The position numbers were made by a program, and so were the translations under genes. From a virus, in IMG/VR virus record IMGVR_UViG_3300031566_000021: 64,000 nt of DNA. One strand, 5' to 3'. Shown in pieces: positions 44,669-53,803 of this stretch (position 1 is the first letter of the stretch; each line of letters starts with the position of its first letter). The notes beneath the pieces are model-generated. The model had not been told where the DNA came from and did not search any database. It saw nothing but the letters and a program-made list of their open reading frames with translations.

Positions 44669-47137
44669 GTGCAGATAGTCACGGCGGATCAACTCTTGGC
44701 GCAGGACTTAGCTAAGAGTGGATTAGAGACCAAGGACCTAGATGCGCACTTAGCGCAAGAGTCCGAACTAGCGGCAGTCGGCATTAGGCCGCATCTATAC
44801 ATGGATACTCCAGGAGTAGGTACTCCAGGGTATGTCATACCGTATTACGACCTTAGTGGTAATAGGGCTCCTTTCTATCGTGTCAGGCTTTTTCAGCCTC
44901 TCCCGAAGGGTGCTAGATATCTACAACCACAGAACTCCGGCTCTTGGCTATACTTTCCTAAGGCATTCGCTGAGCTCGCACGCGCCGCAGCTGCTGGTAA
45001 GGGTCGGACCAAAATAAACGGATTCCCATCGGCAATCATCCTAACTGAGGGTGAGAAGAAGGCAGCTAAAGCTTGTGCAGAAGGGTTTCCTACATGCGCG
45101 GTAGGGGGCACTTATAACTGGCGCACTCGAACTCTCATCCTCCCTGAAGGTACGACACTTCTTAAGAACCGGGATGGCGACATAGTCGCAAAGCTGGAGA
45201 AGGGAGCCAATCTAGCCCCTACCTCCGATAACAAAGCCTTCCTAGCAAGCGGTCTCGAGAATCTGATCCGGTTCGTTAAGGATCACGACATGCAGATCAT
45301 CATAGCCTTCGATAGTGACAATCCTGCCAACTCGAAGGTCCAGGAAGCTGCTGCAGAACTCGGCTTCGAGCTCCGCATTCAAGGCTTGATTAGCCGTAAC
45401 ATTCGCCAACTCATCCTGCCTGCTAGTGAAGGTAAAAAGGTGGGACTGGACGATTTCCTACAAGGACATGGAGCAGACGGACTAGACTTGGTCCTCAAGC
45501 AGTGCATCGAGCTGAAGAGTGCATTTCCTATCCACCCCAATCTAAAGAGCCTGCTGAATAAACGTCTCGGTGCAACTCTGTACAGATCGGAAGCTAAGGA
45601 ACTAGCTTTAATGGTCCTAAGTGATATGGACCGGTCTGGTATTAGAATGATGGAACAAGGTACTGATACCCCGTTCTACTTCGATAGCCGATCCAAGAAG
45701 TTGTTGCGGGTGAATCTACTACAACACCATAGCCAGCCTCTGCACGAGAGTAAGTTCGGCGAGTTCATGTATAAGAACTACGATATTGGTCAGGCAGATT
45801 CCAAGTTTGTCCAGTGGCTCGCTGCCAGCTTCACAGGTGAACAACCTGTCGAAAGTGTTCAGCCCCGAAGTACATTGGCCCTATTAGACCCTTTCAGGTT
45901 GGCATATCAGTTGGACGATGGACATTTTGCTGTAGTGTCTGCCGATCCAGAACAGTCCTTCGTCATCAAGGAGAACGGTTCAGATGGATTGTTATTCAAA
46001 GCAGATCAGGTTGAGCCGCTAGATCATGCTCTACTTGCCAAGGAGTTCAAGAAGCAGATATCCTGGCTTCAGACTAAGCCTAAGTTCGAGGAGTTCTACT
46101 GGCCTAAGGTTCTTAAGCAGTTTAAGTTCGCCAGACCGAACGACTATAAGGTCCTGAGTATACTGAGCTACATGTCACCTTGGTTGTGGCGTTGGAACGG
46201 AGCTCAGCTACCTGTGGAACTTCTGATCGGCGAACCTGGATCCGGCAAGTCGAGCTACTACTCCCTCCGACTTCAGATCCTAACAGGCAGACCAGCTCTT
46301 CGAAACCAGCCTACGGACGTACGAGATTGGTACGCTAGTATTACGAGTAGTGATGGTATTCACGCTATCGACAACGTACATATGGTCAATAAGGAACTCC
46401 GGCAAAGACTGTCCGATGAGATATGTCGGATCGTGACTGAGCCTAGTCCTTATGTCGAGATGCGGAAGCTGTTCACGACCTCTGATAACTACCGTATTCC
46501 AGTCAGGACCGTATTTGCTATGACGGCCATTCAACAACCGTTCATGAATGCGGATATCCTACAACGGTCCCTAATCTTCGAGATGCAGGCTATTGGTACG
46601 GATCACGATTCTGATTGGGCCTCGGGAGCGCTCGTCGCACTCGGGGGACGAGAGGCTTGGTTAGCACATCAGCTAGCTGTTCTCCACATGCTATTCCGAA
46701 AAGCAAAGGATGGTGGGTGGAATCCTAGATACAAGAGCCAGCATCGACTAGCACACCTCGAGCAGTTGTTCCGCCTTGTAGGGAGTATTGTCGGTATGGC
46801 AGACGGTGAATTGGTAGGGGCGTCCTTAGCGACTGCCTCTGAGGAAGCAGTCAGCGAGTACGATTGGACGATGGAAGGTCTTAAGTCCTTCTCGCTGGAG
46901 TACTATCCGGAACTCAAGAGCAATCCCACCAAGGTCTTTACCTTACAGGACGTCGCGAGCTGGGCTATGTCGCGAGAGGAGTACTCCGAGAACAATATCA
47001 TTACCAATGCTCGCCGTTTGTCCAGGTACGTTAAGTCGCACAAGTTCATGGTTGAAAAAGTGGCTGGGTTCATACTTATGCCCAACAGGTATGGCAACCG
47101 TGATGGCTATAGACTAGGTGACGTTAGGCGACCCTAA
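44669..47137 (+). CDS. DNA primase (DUF3854 TOPRIM-like) fused to a helicase-like P-loop domain
   Basis: LTEGEKKA, IAFDSD, VGLDDFL; LIGEPGSGKS. Confidence 0.85.
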   Translation: MQIVTADQLLAQDLAKSGLETKDLDAHLAQESELAAVGIRPHLYMDTPGVGTPGYVIPYYDLSGNRAPFYRVRLFQPLPKGARYLQPQNSGSWLYFPKAFAELARAAAAGKGRTKINGFPSAIILTEGEKKAAKACAEGFPTCAVGGTYNWRTRTLILPEGTTLLKNRDGDIVAKLEKGANLAPTSDNKAFLASGLENLIRFVKDHDMQIIIAFDSDNPANSKVQEAAAELGFELRIQGLISRNIRQLILPASEGKKVGLDDFLQGHGADGLDLVLKQCIELKSAFPIHPNLKSLLNKRLGATLYRSEAKELALMVLSDMDRSGIRMMEQGTDTPFYFDSRSKKLLRVNLLQHHSQPLHESKFGEFMYKNYDIGQADSKFVQWLAASFTGEQPVESVQPRSTLALLDPFRLAYQLDDGHFAVVSADPEQSFVIKENGSDGLLFKADQVEPLDHALLAKEFKKQISWLQTKPKFEEFYWPKVLKQFKFARPNDYKVLSILSYMSPWLWRWNGAQLPVELLIGEPGSGKSSYYSLRLQILTGRPALRNQPTDVRDWYASITSSDGIHAIDNVHMVNKELRQRLSDEICRIVTEPSPYVEMRKLFTTSDNYRIPVRTVFAMTAIQQPFMNADILQRSLIFEMQAIGTDHDSDWASGALVALGGREAWLAHQLAVLHMLFRKAKDGGWNPRYKSQHRLAHLEQLFRLVGSIVGMADGELVGASLATASEEAVSEYDWTMEGLKSFSLEYYPELKSNPTKVFTLQDVASWAMSREEYSENNIITNARRLSRYVKSHKFMVEKVAGFILMPNRYGNRDGYRLGDVRRP

Positions 47138-47141
47138 AGAG

Positions 47142-47185
47142 ACCATCAAAGACCTCTTGCTATGAACCTTAGGATGCTATATAAT
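47142..47185 (+). promoter_or_regulatory. promoter with ACCATCA box
   Basis: ACCATCA 47142-47148, 8 nt, TTGCTA, 17 nt, TATAAT 47180-47185. Confidence 0.75.
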
Positions 47186-47261
47186 CTAATCATCGCTTAT
47201 CCACACGCAATGGGAGCGGCGACGTTTATTTTCCGTCAACCAGTGAAGAGGAGTTTGAACC

Positions 47262-47513
47262 ATGGCAACGAATCCATCAGGCAAGACAGCCGAAGCGAAA
47301 CTGGCAACCGACAAGGGCAAAGCAGGCGAAGGCGCCACCAAGCAAGGTGCAGCCGTCGTTCTCTCGAACGGCGAGCGTCGGATCGACTTCATCCGCCGGC
47401 GTTTCAAGGAAGGTGCGAAGCGTGGCGAGATCGCCAAGGAACTCGGCGTTCCGTACCAGATCGTGTTCGCCGCGACCAAGACCAAGAAGGAACCGGAAGC
47501 GAAAGCGGCCTAA
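47262..47513 (+). CDS. small HTH DNA-binding protein, distant paralog 4
   Basis: RIDFIRRRFKEGAKRGEIAKELGVPYQIVFA aligns with the KS.AIR.L...EI...L.I.YQ.V motif; own promoter and terminator. Confidence 0.75.
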   Translation: MATNPSGKTAEAKLATDKGKAGEGATKQGAAVVLSNGERRIDFIRRRFKEGAKRGEIAKELGVPYQIVFAATKTKKEPEAKAA

Positions 47514-47555
47514 CTATCATCTCCTGTACCGGCACCTCCCATCAGCCGGTATTTC

Positions 47556-47602
47556 AACGGGGTAGAGCCAGATCCCCTCTGGTCTTCTACCCCGTTCTTT
47601 TT
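47556..47602 (+). terminator. intrinsic terminator
   Basis: aacggggtaga...tctaccccgtt stem followed by ctttttt. Confidence 0.85.
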
Positions 47603-47625
47603 TCGGAGATAGGAGGTAAGGTCGG

Positions 47626-48138
47626 ATGAGCACAGTAATTAAGAACCTACTAAAAGTCTCCCTACCAGAGTCGACCCCTTGTATAGCGGCGATCGACCCA
47701 GGTGAAACTACAGGGCTATGCTGCTTCAGGGGTCATACCCTTGACGATGTCCGGCAGATAACCACTAAGAACGTTGCAAATGGAGCTTGGGACATCCGCC
47801 AGTGGCTTCATGATAGGCAGCCCGATATGGTCGTGATGGAGGACTATCGTGTGTACTCTTGGAAGGCCAAGGACCACGCATGGCAAGCGCTCCACACACC
47901 CAAACTCATTGGTGCGCTAGAGTATATCTGCATGATAGATGAATTCCCCCTCCATCTACAAATGGCGCAGCAAGCTAAAGGATTCTGTACCGACCAGAAG
48001 TTGAAAATCTGGGAGGTATATAATACTGGTCGCCACGCTCGTGATGCGATCAGGCACGCGATCTACTACCTGCTGTTCGAGGTAGCTAAGGTCCAAGTAG
48101 TCCAACAGTCAACAGGAGTTGCACATGAGCAAGAATGA
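47626..48138 (+). CDS. RuvC-like Holliday junction resolvase
   Basis: AAIDPGETTG, VVMEDY, HARDAIRH. Confidence 0.8.
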   Translation: MSTVIKNLLKVSLPESTPCIAAIDPGETTGLCCFRGHTLDDVRQITTKNVANGAWDIRQWLHDRQPDMVVMEDYRVYSWKAKDHAWQALHTPKLIGALEYICMIDEFPLHLQMAQQAKGFCTDQKLKIWEVYNTGRHARDAIRHAIYYLLFEVAKVQVVQQSTGVAHEQE

Positions 48139-48391
48139 TGCGGTTAATCATCCTTCGCACTACCAAGGATCAAACGGAGTCGAGACCATCGATGCGGTTG
48201 AAGGTTTCGAACTGGGCTTTCATGACGGCAATGCCGTAACTTACATCTGCCGGGCGAGGACAAAGGGTAAGGAGAAACAGGATATCCAGAAAGCAATCTG
48301 GTATCTGGTCCGACACTACTCGAACAGGTTCGGCCTGACTGTTATGGTCGATGCCGCAGGGGTTGTCACAGAACTTAAAGCCAAGAGGTAG
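48119..48391 (+). CDS. DUF3310 family protein (SaV/T7 gp1.7-like)
   Basis: VNHPSHY, ETID, GNAV.Y..RA..K...QDI.KA.WYL. Confidence 0.88.
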   Translation: MHMSKNDAVNHPSHYQGSNGVETIDAVEGFELGFHDGNAVTYICRARTKGKEKQDIQKAIWYLVRHYSNRFGLTVMVDAAGVVTELKAKR

Positions 48392-48395
48392 CAAC

Positions 48396-48581
48396 ATGAG
48401 CTCCCGGGAGCCGCCAGTAGGTGTCAGTCGAGACGCTTGGCTTAGCTTTGAAAGGTGGGCTGACGACAACGGTATCGAAGTTGATCCCGATGATTGGAAA
48501 CCTTGGTGGAACTGCTTCAAGAGCGGGTACAACATCGGGCACTTTGATGCAAGGATGAATCTCAAGTCACAACCTGATTAG
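48396..48581 (+). CDS. small Trp-rich hypothetical protein
   Basis: GAGG RBS before ATG 48396. Confidence 0.55.
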   Translation: MSSREPPVGVSRDAWLSFERWADDNGIEVDPDDWKPWWNCFKSGYNIGHFDARMNLKSQPD

Positions 48582-48593
48582 GGAGTAACAGTC

Positions 48594-48695
48594 ATGAGTC
48601 TAGGAGTAGCTGTTACAATCCTGGCGATCTATTGGGCCGCAGTGATGGTTGTATTCTGTTGTGGTCTACTCGGCGACAACTGCGAGGAGGAGTAG
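48594..48695 (+). CDS. 33-aa membrane peptide (not in ORF track)
   Basis: GGGAG RBS; MSLGVAVTILAIYWAAVMVVFCCGLLGDNCEEE. Confidence 0.5.
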   Translation: MSLGVAVTILAIYWAAVMVVFCCGLLGDNCEEE

Positions 48696-48773
48696 ATGTG
48701 CGAACTAGGCTACGCGGAATATATAGCCATAGGGATCGCCCTCGGCCTACTATTCACTATCGCCATTAGGTGA
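48696..48773 (+). CDS. 25-aa membrane peptide (not in ORF track)
   Basis: GAGGAGGAG RBS; MCELGYAEYIAIGIALGLLFTIAIR; GTGA overlap with the next gene. Confidence 0.5.
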   Translation: MCELGYAEYIAIGIALGLLFTIAIR

Positions 48774-49426
48774 CAGAGATGGCTAATCCACAGCTGACCG
48801 AAACGCTGCTAGGCGGAGGTCTCAACCTTCGAGGCCAGAAGTTTGGGATGCTATCGGTTACACGTCTGTGGCCAAGAAGGCACAATCGGAAACGCATGTG
48901 GGTATGCAAGTGCGACTGTGGGGAGGAAGTCGTTGTTAGGCATGATTACCTATTACACACGAACAATCCCAAGACACATTGCGGATGTGTAAATCGTGGG
49001 CTCCCAACGTTGTACTCCCAGGAATACCATATCCACAACAGCATGCTGAGGAGGTGTTATGTCGAGAATCATGTCGGCTATCCGGCATATGGTGGGCGCG
49101 GTATCCGAGTCTGCGATGCTTGGAAAGATAAGGAAACCGGCTTCGAGGCCTTCTTCAAAGACATGGGAGCACGACCCAGTAAGAAGCACTCTCTGGACCG
49201 AATCGATAGTAACGGAAACTATACTCCCGGAAACGTCCGATGGGCTACGCTTAAGGATCAGGCACGGAATAAGCGGAACTCTGTATATCTCCCTCATCCT
49301 ACCCACGGAGGGCTCGTGCCAGCTGCCGAAGTTGCCGAGTTTCTGGGTATACGATACCAATCCATGAGGGCTCGGTATATCAAAGAGGGTAAGTGGCCAG
49401 GGTCCGATAAAGAAGGTGTTACTTGA
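48770..49426 (+). CDS. HNH homing-endonuclease-like protein
   Basis: CKCDCG, YGGRGIRVC..W, F.AF..DMG.RP, SLDRIDSNGNY.P.NVRWAT. Confidence 0.88.
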   Translation: MTEMANPQLTETLLGGGLNLRGQKFGMLSVTRLWPRRHNRKRMWVCKCDCGEEVVVRHDYLLHTNNPKTHCGCVNRGLPTLYSQEYHIHNSMLRRCYVENHVGYPAYGGRGIRVCDAWKDKETGFEAFFKDMGARPSKKHSLDRIDSNGNYTPGNVRWATLKDQARNKRNSVYLPHPTHGGLVPAAEVAEFLGIRYQSMRARYIKEGKWPGSDKEGVT

Positions 49427-50856
49427 AAGCTGCCCGCAATCTAATTAACACCGAGCACCTTTGGGAGAGTGCCCTTCCAGGTCAGCTAGAGGACGCTGCC
49501 TTCATTGCCAAGAATGGTTCGGGAGTATTAGGTCACCGCACAGGAGCTGGCAAAACCCTCATGGCGATGCTGGCCTGGGACTCTTGGAGAGTCAACCGAA
49601 CTATCATCATGGGCACTCAGGGCTCGATCTATACCTGGCGAAGGCTATTACCCTATTGGACTGATACAAAGCCAGTAATCCTCATTGGGGAGGGTGATCC
49701 TGATTGGGACGATTTCTTTACGGATAACCCCGGCGTCTGGCTAACGACGTTTGCGTCCTTCCGAGCAAGGTTCGCTGCGGAACGCCGCTGGAAGTTGCCG
49801 CTAGTCGACCTGGTAATCAATGATGAGCTCCACCGTATATTGCGTAATAGGAAGACGCGGTACTTCGAGCAGCTCAGGCGACTTAAGACTAGCCACTTCA
49901 TCGGGATGAGTGCTACTTGGGCTTCTCGAGGTCCTCAAGACTTGTGGCCAGCACTGCATTACATGTCGCGTAAGACCTTTAGTTCCTACTGGAAGTTCGT
50001 CACTACCTGGTGCTGGGTTGACGATACGAGCTTCGGTAAGGAGATATACGGCGTTCGTAATCCCGAGCGGCTCAAAGAGATGATGCGGTCCCAGTACTAC
50101 GTTGCTCGACCTATCGAAGGCTTTCCAGGTACACGCCGAGAGGTGGTCGATCTCGATCCGTCTAAGAAGCAGCGGAAGTGGTACCAGGAACTTGATAGTG
50201 ACATGGTTCTTGAGATGGAAGGGGTTACCGTTGTAACACCTAATGCCATTTCCAAACTTACCCGTTTGCGGCAGCTGTGTTGTTCTCCTCGTATACTTGA
50301 TCCAGAGGCCGAAGTCGGTCCAGGCATTGATTACATCCTGGAGGGGATTAGTGATGATCCACATACGGTCGTCTTCTCCCTATTCTCCGCTACCTTAGAC
50401 ATCATTCGGGACGAGCTGATAAAGAGTGGGTACCCCGAAGACAGCATCTTTATACTCCGAGGAGGCTGTGGTGCTGACGAGATCGAACGGGTTGAGAACG
50501 AGTGGAAGCGTACTAAAGGAGTGTGTCTATGTACGATCACCTTTGCCCAAAGCTTCGCCCTTGATACGGGTCTCGTATCCTACTTCCTGGGATGGTCCTG
50601 GGACCCTAACGATAACATCCAGGCCGAGGGTCGACTTCGCCGTATGGATAGCGTGCTCAGAACCGATGTACTATGTAAGTACATCCTGATTAACGGTACG
50701 TGCGACGATGACGTTAAGGAGGTTGTGAACGGTAAGTATTACTCGACCAGCCAATTTCTAATTGACCATTACGCTAAAGTTCAGGAGGAGGAAGGGAAGG
50801 ACATCCCGGAGGTTATCGATCATCGACTTCATGGGGAACCATTAAAGACAACTTGA
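49423..50856 (+). CDS. SF2 (SNF2-like) helicase
   Basis: TGAGKT, NDELH, GMSAT, QAEGRLRR. Confidence 0.88.
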   Translation: MKAARNLINTEHLWESALPGQLEDAAFIAKNGSGVLGHRTGAGKTLMAMLAWDSWRVNRTIIMGTQGSIYTWRRLLPYWTDTKPVILIGEGDPDWDDFFTDNPGVWLTTFASFRARFAAERRWKLPLVDLVINDELHRILRNRKTRYFEQLRRLKTSHFIGMSATWASRGPQDLWPALHYMSRKTFSSYWKFVTTWCWVDDTSFGKEIYGVRNPERLKEMMRSQYYVARPIEGFPGTRREVVDLDPSKKQRKWYQELDSDMVLEMEGVTVVTPNAISKLTRLRQLCCSPRILDPEAEVGPGIDYILEGISDDPHTVVFSLFSATLDIIRDELIKSGYPEDSIFILRGGCGADEIERVENEWKRTKGVCLCTITFAQSFALDTGLVSYFLGWSWDPNDNIQAEGRLRRMDSVLRTDVLCKYILINGTCDDDVKEVVNGKYYSTSQFLIDHYAKVQEEEGKDIPEVIDHRLHGEPLKTT

Positions 50857-50882
50857 GTGTGCCTATAGTTTGCCTATATAAT
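50838..50882 (+). promoter_or_regulatory. promoter with ACCATTA box
   Basis: ACCATTA 50838-50844, 8 nt, TTGAGT, 18 nt, TATAAT 50877-50882. Confidence 0.75.
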
Positions 50883-50924
50883 AGACGTATAGATTGAATT
50901 ATCCAACGTTGGGAGGCTAGGACG

Positions 50925-52154
50925 GTGAACCTAGAACAGCTACAGTCCACCTTGGGCCTGGGCGCTAAACCATTCATATTACGTACATCTGACCGGATGC
51001 TTTTCCGGAAGTGTCGTAGGTTGTGGAAATGGCTTAGTCATCTTCAGGACGGGAGAGTCCTGCGTGAAAGCGCAGACTACTTGTGGTTCGGCACAGGTAT
51101 CCACTACGCACTCGAAGATTACCACGGCCTGAACCTCTATGGGCATCCAGCTATAGCGTTCATGGCATACGTGAAGGCTAGCGAGCTAGCTGGCATTCTA
51201 CCAGGAACATGGGAAGAGCATCAGCAGATGGGCGTAGCTCTGATGAGCTACTATGCCGATCATTGGCTATCATGGCGTGATCCTCATAAGACCTATGAGC
51301 ACAACGGTGTACCCCAGTGCGAGGTGAATGGAGCTATCGATATGGGGACCCAGACTCACGACGGTCGGCACGTTTTCTACGGCTTCACTATTGACAGGAT
51401 CGTTATCGATGAGTGGGATCGACTCTGGGTGGAGGAGTACAAGACAGCTAAGCAACTCCGACAGCAACATCTGGACGTGGATGATCAGGTCACTGCGTAC
51501 TGCTGGTGCGCCTGGAAGCTCTATGGTCTCCCAGTAGCTGGCGTGATATATACACAGTTCCTCAAGAAGGTGCCTGTCTTGCCGAAGGTCCTTGCAACGG
51601 GCAAGGTCTCTACCAACGATAAGGCCCCGACAACGGCTTCGATGTACGCCAAGCTCCTAAAGGATATGTACGGAGAAGTGGTTGATGCCCCGGGACCGAA
51701 CATAGCCTGCTACAACAAGCTTCTGTCTAGAGAGGACAGCGACAGAGACAAGTTCATAGCTCGGACTCGTGTCGAGCGTAACATGTACCAGATTCAGTCC
51801 TTCGAGGCTAAAGTCCGGATGGAGCTCGAAGATATTTCCAATCCGGATCTTCCTTTATATCCCAATCCAACTTACCTATGTGACTACATGTGCCCACTAC
51901 AAGCGGCCTGTGTTGCTGTGGATGACGGCTCAGACTGGGAAACAGTATTAGGTGTGTATAGTCGACCGACCGAAGACGGGTTGACACAACGTGAGAAGGA
52001 GCAGGAAAAATGGCGAAATCTACTCCCGGAACCGAACGAGGTTCATATGACGGAGCCGGATCTGATGTACCAGCAACTGATACAGGAGGTGGACCAGCTG
52101 GAGCAGCCAACCCTAAGGCCGGAGGAGGCTTTTCTGGAGGAACTCGGGCAGTAG
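50925..52154 (+). CDS. PD-(D/E)XK RecB/Cas4-like exonuclease
   Basis: FRKCRR.W, FGTGIH, IDRI...EEYKT, Q...Y, C-terminal C..C...C. Confidence 0.85.
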   Translation: MNLEQLQSTLGLGAKPFILRTSDRMLFRKCRRLWKWLSHLQDGRVLRESADYLWFGTGIHYALEDYHGLNLYGHPAIAFMAYVKASELAGILPGTWEEHQQMGVALMSYYADHWLSWRDPHKTYEHNGVPQCEVNGAIDMGTQTHDGRHVFYGFTIDRIVIDEWDRLWVEEYKTAKQLRQQHLDVDDQVTAYCWCAWKLYGLPVAGVIYTQFLKKVPVLPKVLATGKVSTNDKAPTTASMYAKLLKDMYGEVVDAPGPNIACYNKLLSREDSDRDKFIARTRVERNMYQIQSFEAKVRMELEDISNPDLPLYPNPTYLCDYMCPLQAACVAVDDGSDWETVLGVYSRPTEDGLTQREKEQEKWRNLLPEPNEVHMTEPDLMYQQLIQEVDQLEQPTLRPEEAFLEELGQ

Positions 52155-53080
52155 GTCAAGCGGCAGCTGCGATCTCGAGAGCAACCCAGACAGCTGTTGC
52201 TGCTGTTCCGGCTGGGCCACCGCCGATCCCTTTCGTCATCCATCCTCTGTCGGAGAAGAGTCGTTGGCTCAAGCTAATGGCTTATGGCGATTACGGTACG
52301 GGTAAGACAAGGCTAGTAGGTTCGGCTGCTCTCGTACCAGATATGCGAGATGTGCTATTCATCGATGCTGAGGCAGGTGATCTCACGATCTCGACCGAGG
52401 ATCAGGTAGACTATGCTGAGTCCGCTAAGAAGTATATCGACGTGGTTAGTGTAAACACGTTCAAGCAACTCGCACGTGTCCAGGAGTTCCTCAAGCTGCA
52501 CTGCACCCTACGGGATGCTGAAGGCGAAGAGGCGGAGAAGAAGCTCAAGGACCTGGAAGAGCGGCTTATGCCTGGAACGTTCGATGCTGACAAGCCGGCG
52601 AGAAGGTACCGGACAGCGATCATCGATTCCCTGTCTGAAGCGGAGCAATTCTCGATGTACCAGCTGCTTGGTATTTCCGATCGGACTCGCTTGGATGAGG
52701 AGGTTGCTAGCCCCGAGTGGGCCGAGTACAAACGCAATCACAGCCAGATCCTTCGTACGATCCGGGCATTTCGTGATCTGCCGATGCACATCCTAATGAC
52801 GGCTGGAGCAGCGTACATCCAGGACGAGAACAAGCGGATGCTATGGCAGCCAGCTCTTACGGGTCGTCTGGCGAAGCAGTGTCAGGGCTTTATGGATGTC
52901 GTCGGCTACATGTTTGTTACGGCCGATGAAACCTCCCAGAATAAGAAGATCCACAACCTACAAGTTCAGCCGTCTCCAAGGATCAATGCGAAGTGCCGGT
53001 TCTCGAACTTCAAAATGTCCGGCTGGCAGAATCCAGATATCCGGATGATCCTCAAAAGCGTGGGCCTGATGGAGGCGTAA
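52010..53080 (+). CDS. Sak4-like AAA ATPase (recombinase)
   Basis: YGDYGTGKT, FIDAE.G, IIDSLSE; followed by an SSB gene as in Sak4 modules. Confidence 0.85.
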   Translation: MAKSTPGTERGSYDGAGSDVPATDTGGGPAGAANPKAGGGFSGGTRAVGQAAAAISRATQTAVAAVPAGPPPIPFVIHPLSEKSRWLKLMAYGDYGTGKTRLVGSAALVPDMRDVLFIDAEAGDLTISTEDQVDYAESAKKYIDVVSVNTFKQLARVQEFLKLHCTLRDAEGEEAEKKLKDLEERLMPGTFDADKPARRYRTAIIDSLSEAEQFSMYQLLGISDRTRLDEEVASPEWAEYKRNHSQILRTIRAFRDLPMHILMTAGAAYIQDENKRMLWQPALTGRLAKQCQGFMDVVGYMFVTADETSQNKKIHNLQVQPSPRINAKCRFSNFKMSGWQNPDIRMILKSVGLMEA

Positions 53081-53081
53081 C

Positions 53082-53330
53082 ATGAGCGGCGAGCATAAGT
53101 TCGAGGTCAACCTCTTAGCGATACAGACCGCTGTGGATGATCTGAGAGTCTTGGGTGATGCCATGCACTTTATTGCTAAGTATGAAGGTGGGAAGCTTAC
53201 AACAGAGTGCCACCTCATGAAGGGCGGTAAGCGGCTTGCCTCAGTGGAGAACATTCCACAGGTTGCTAAGGGGGAGACCTGCACCATAGTCGTAACCCCC
53301 GATCAGTTCTACATCAAGGTCAGCATGTGA
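53082..53330 (+). CDS. hypothetical protein
   Basis: GGAGG RBS, coupled to both neighbours. Confidence 0.65.
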   Translation: MSGEHKFEVNLLAIQTAVDDLRVLGDAMHFIAKYEGGKLTTECHLMKGGKRLASVENIPQVAKGETCTIVVTPDQFYIKVSM

Positions 53331-53743
53331 TGCTCTCCTCTCAGGCGCCTATCTTTGTGTTCGGATCGAACCTGGCAGGCAGACATGGTCGAGGTTCAGC
53401 AGCAGTAGCTCGTAAGAGGTACGGAGCTGTCTATGGAGTAGGATCCGGATTTCGAGGAAGATCGTACGCGATACCTACCAAGGGGTGGGAGTTGGAGGTC
53501 TTGACTCTCCCTGTCATACAGGAGTTCGTAGACGAGTTCCTTCAATTCACCCAGGTCCATGATACCTGGAGGTTTATCGTGACGAAGATCGGATGTGGTC
53601 TAGCGGGGTACCATGAACTGCAGATCGCCCCCATGTTTCGAAGTGCGCCAGCTACGGTCGCTTTACCAGTAGGCTGGCGTAGACTATCTAACTTGACTTC
53701 TATCCCGGAGGATGGTCAGGCCTCCGTAAGGGAGCAGTCGTGA
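53327..53743 (+). CDS. macrodomain-like phage protein
   Basis: IFVFGSNL.G.HG.G.A, YAIPTK, F.VT.IGCGLAGY. Confidence 0.75.
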   Translation: MMLSSQAPIFVFGSNLAGRHGRGSAAVARKRYGAVYGVGSGFRGRSYAIPTKGWELEVLTLPVIQEFVDEFLQFTQVHDTWRFIVTKIGCGLAGYHELQIAPMFRSAPATVALPVGWRRLSNLTSIPEDGQASVREQS

Positions 53744-53752
53744 AGTACAACC

Positions 53753-53782
53753 TGGCCAACACACTAGACCGAGCTGTATAAC
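53753..53782 (+). promoter_or_regulatory. probable promoter for the SSB-que operon
   Basis: TGGCCA-18-TATAAC. Confidence 0.5.
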
Positions 53783-53803
53783 CTACATAAGGAAGGATGT
53801 CAC

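Noticed and set aside
47162-47629. 155-aa plus-strand ORF spanning promoter, HTH gene and terminator
   Set aside because: Starts inside the promoter, runs through a strong terminator and overlaps the better-supported 47262-47513
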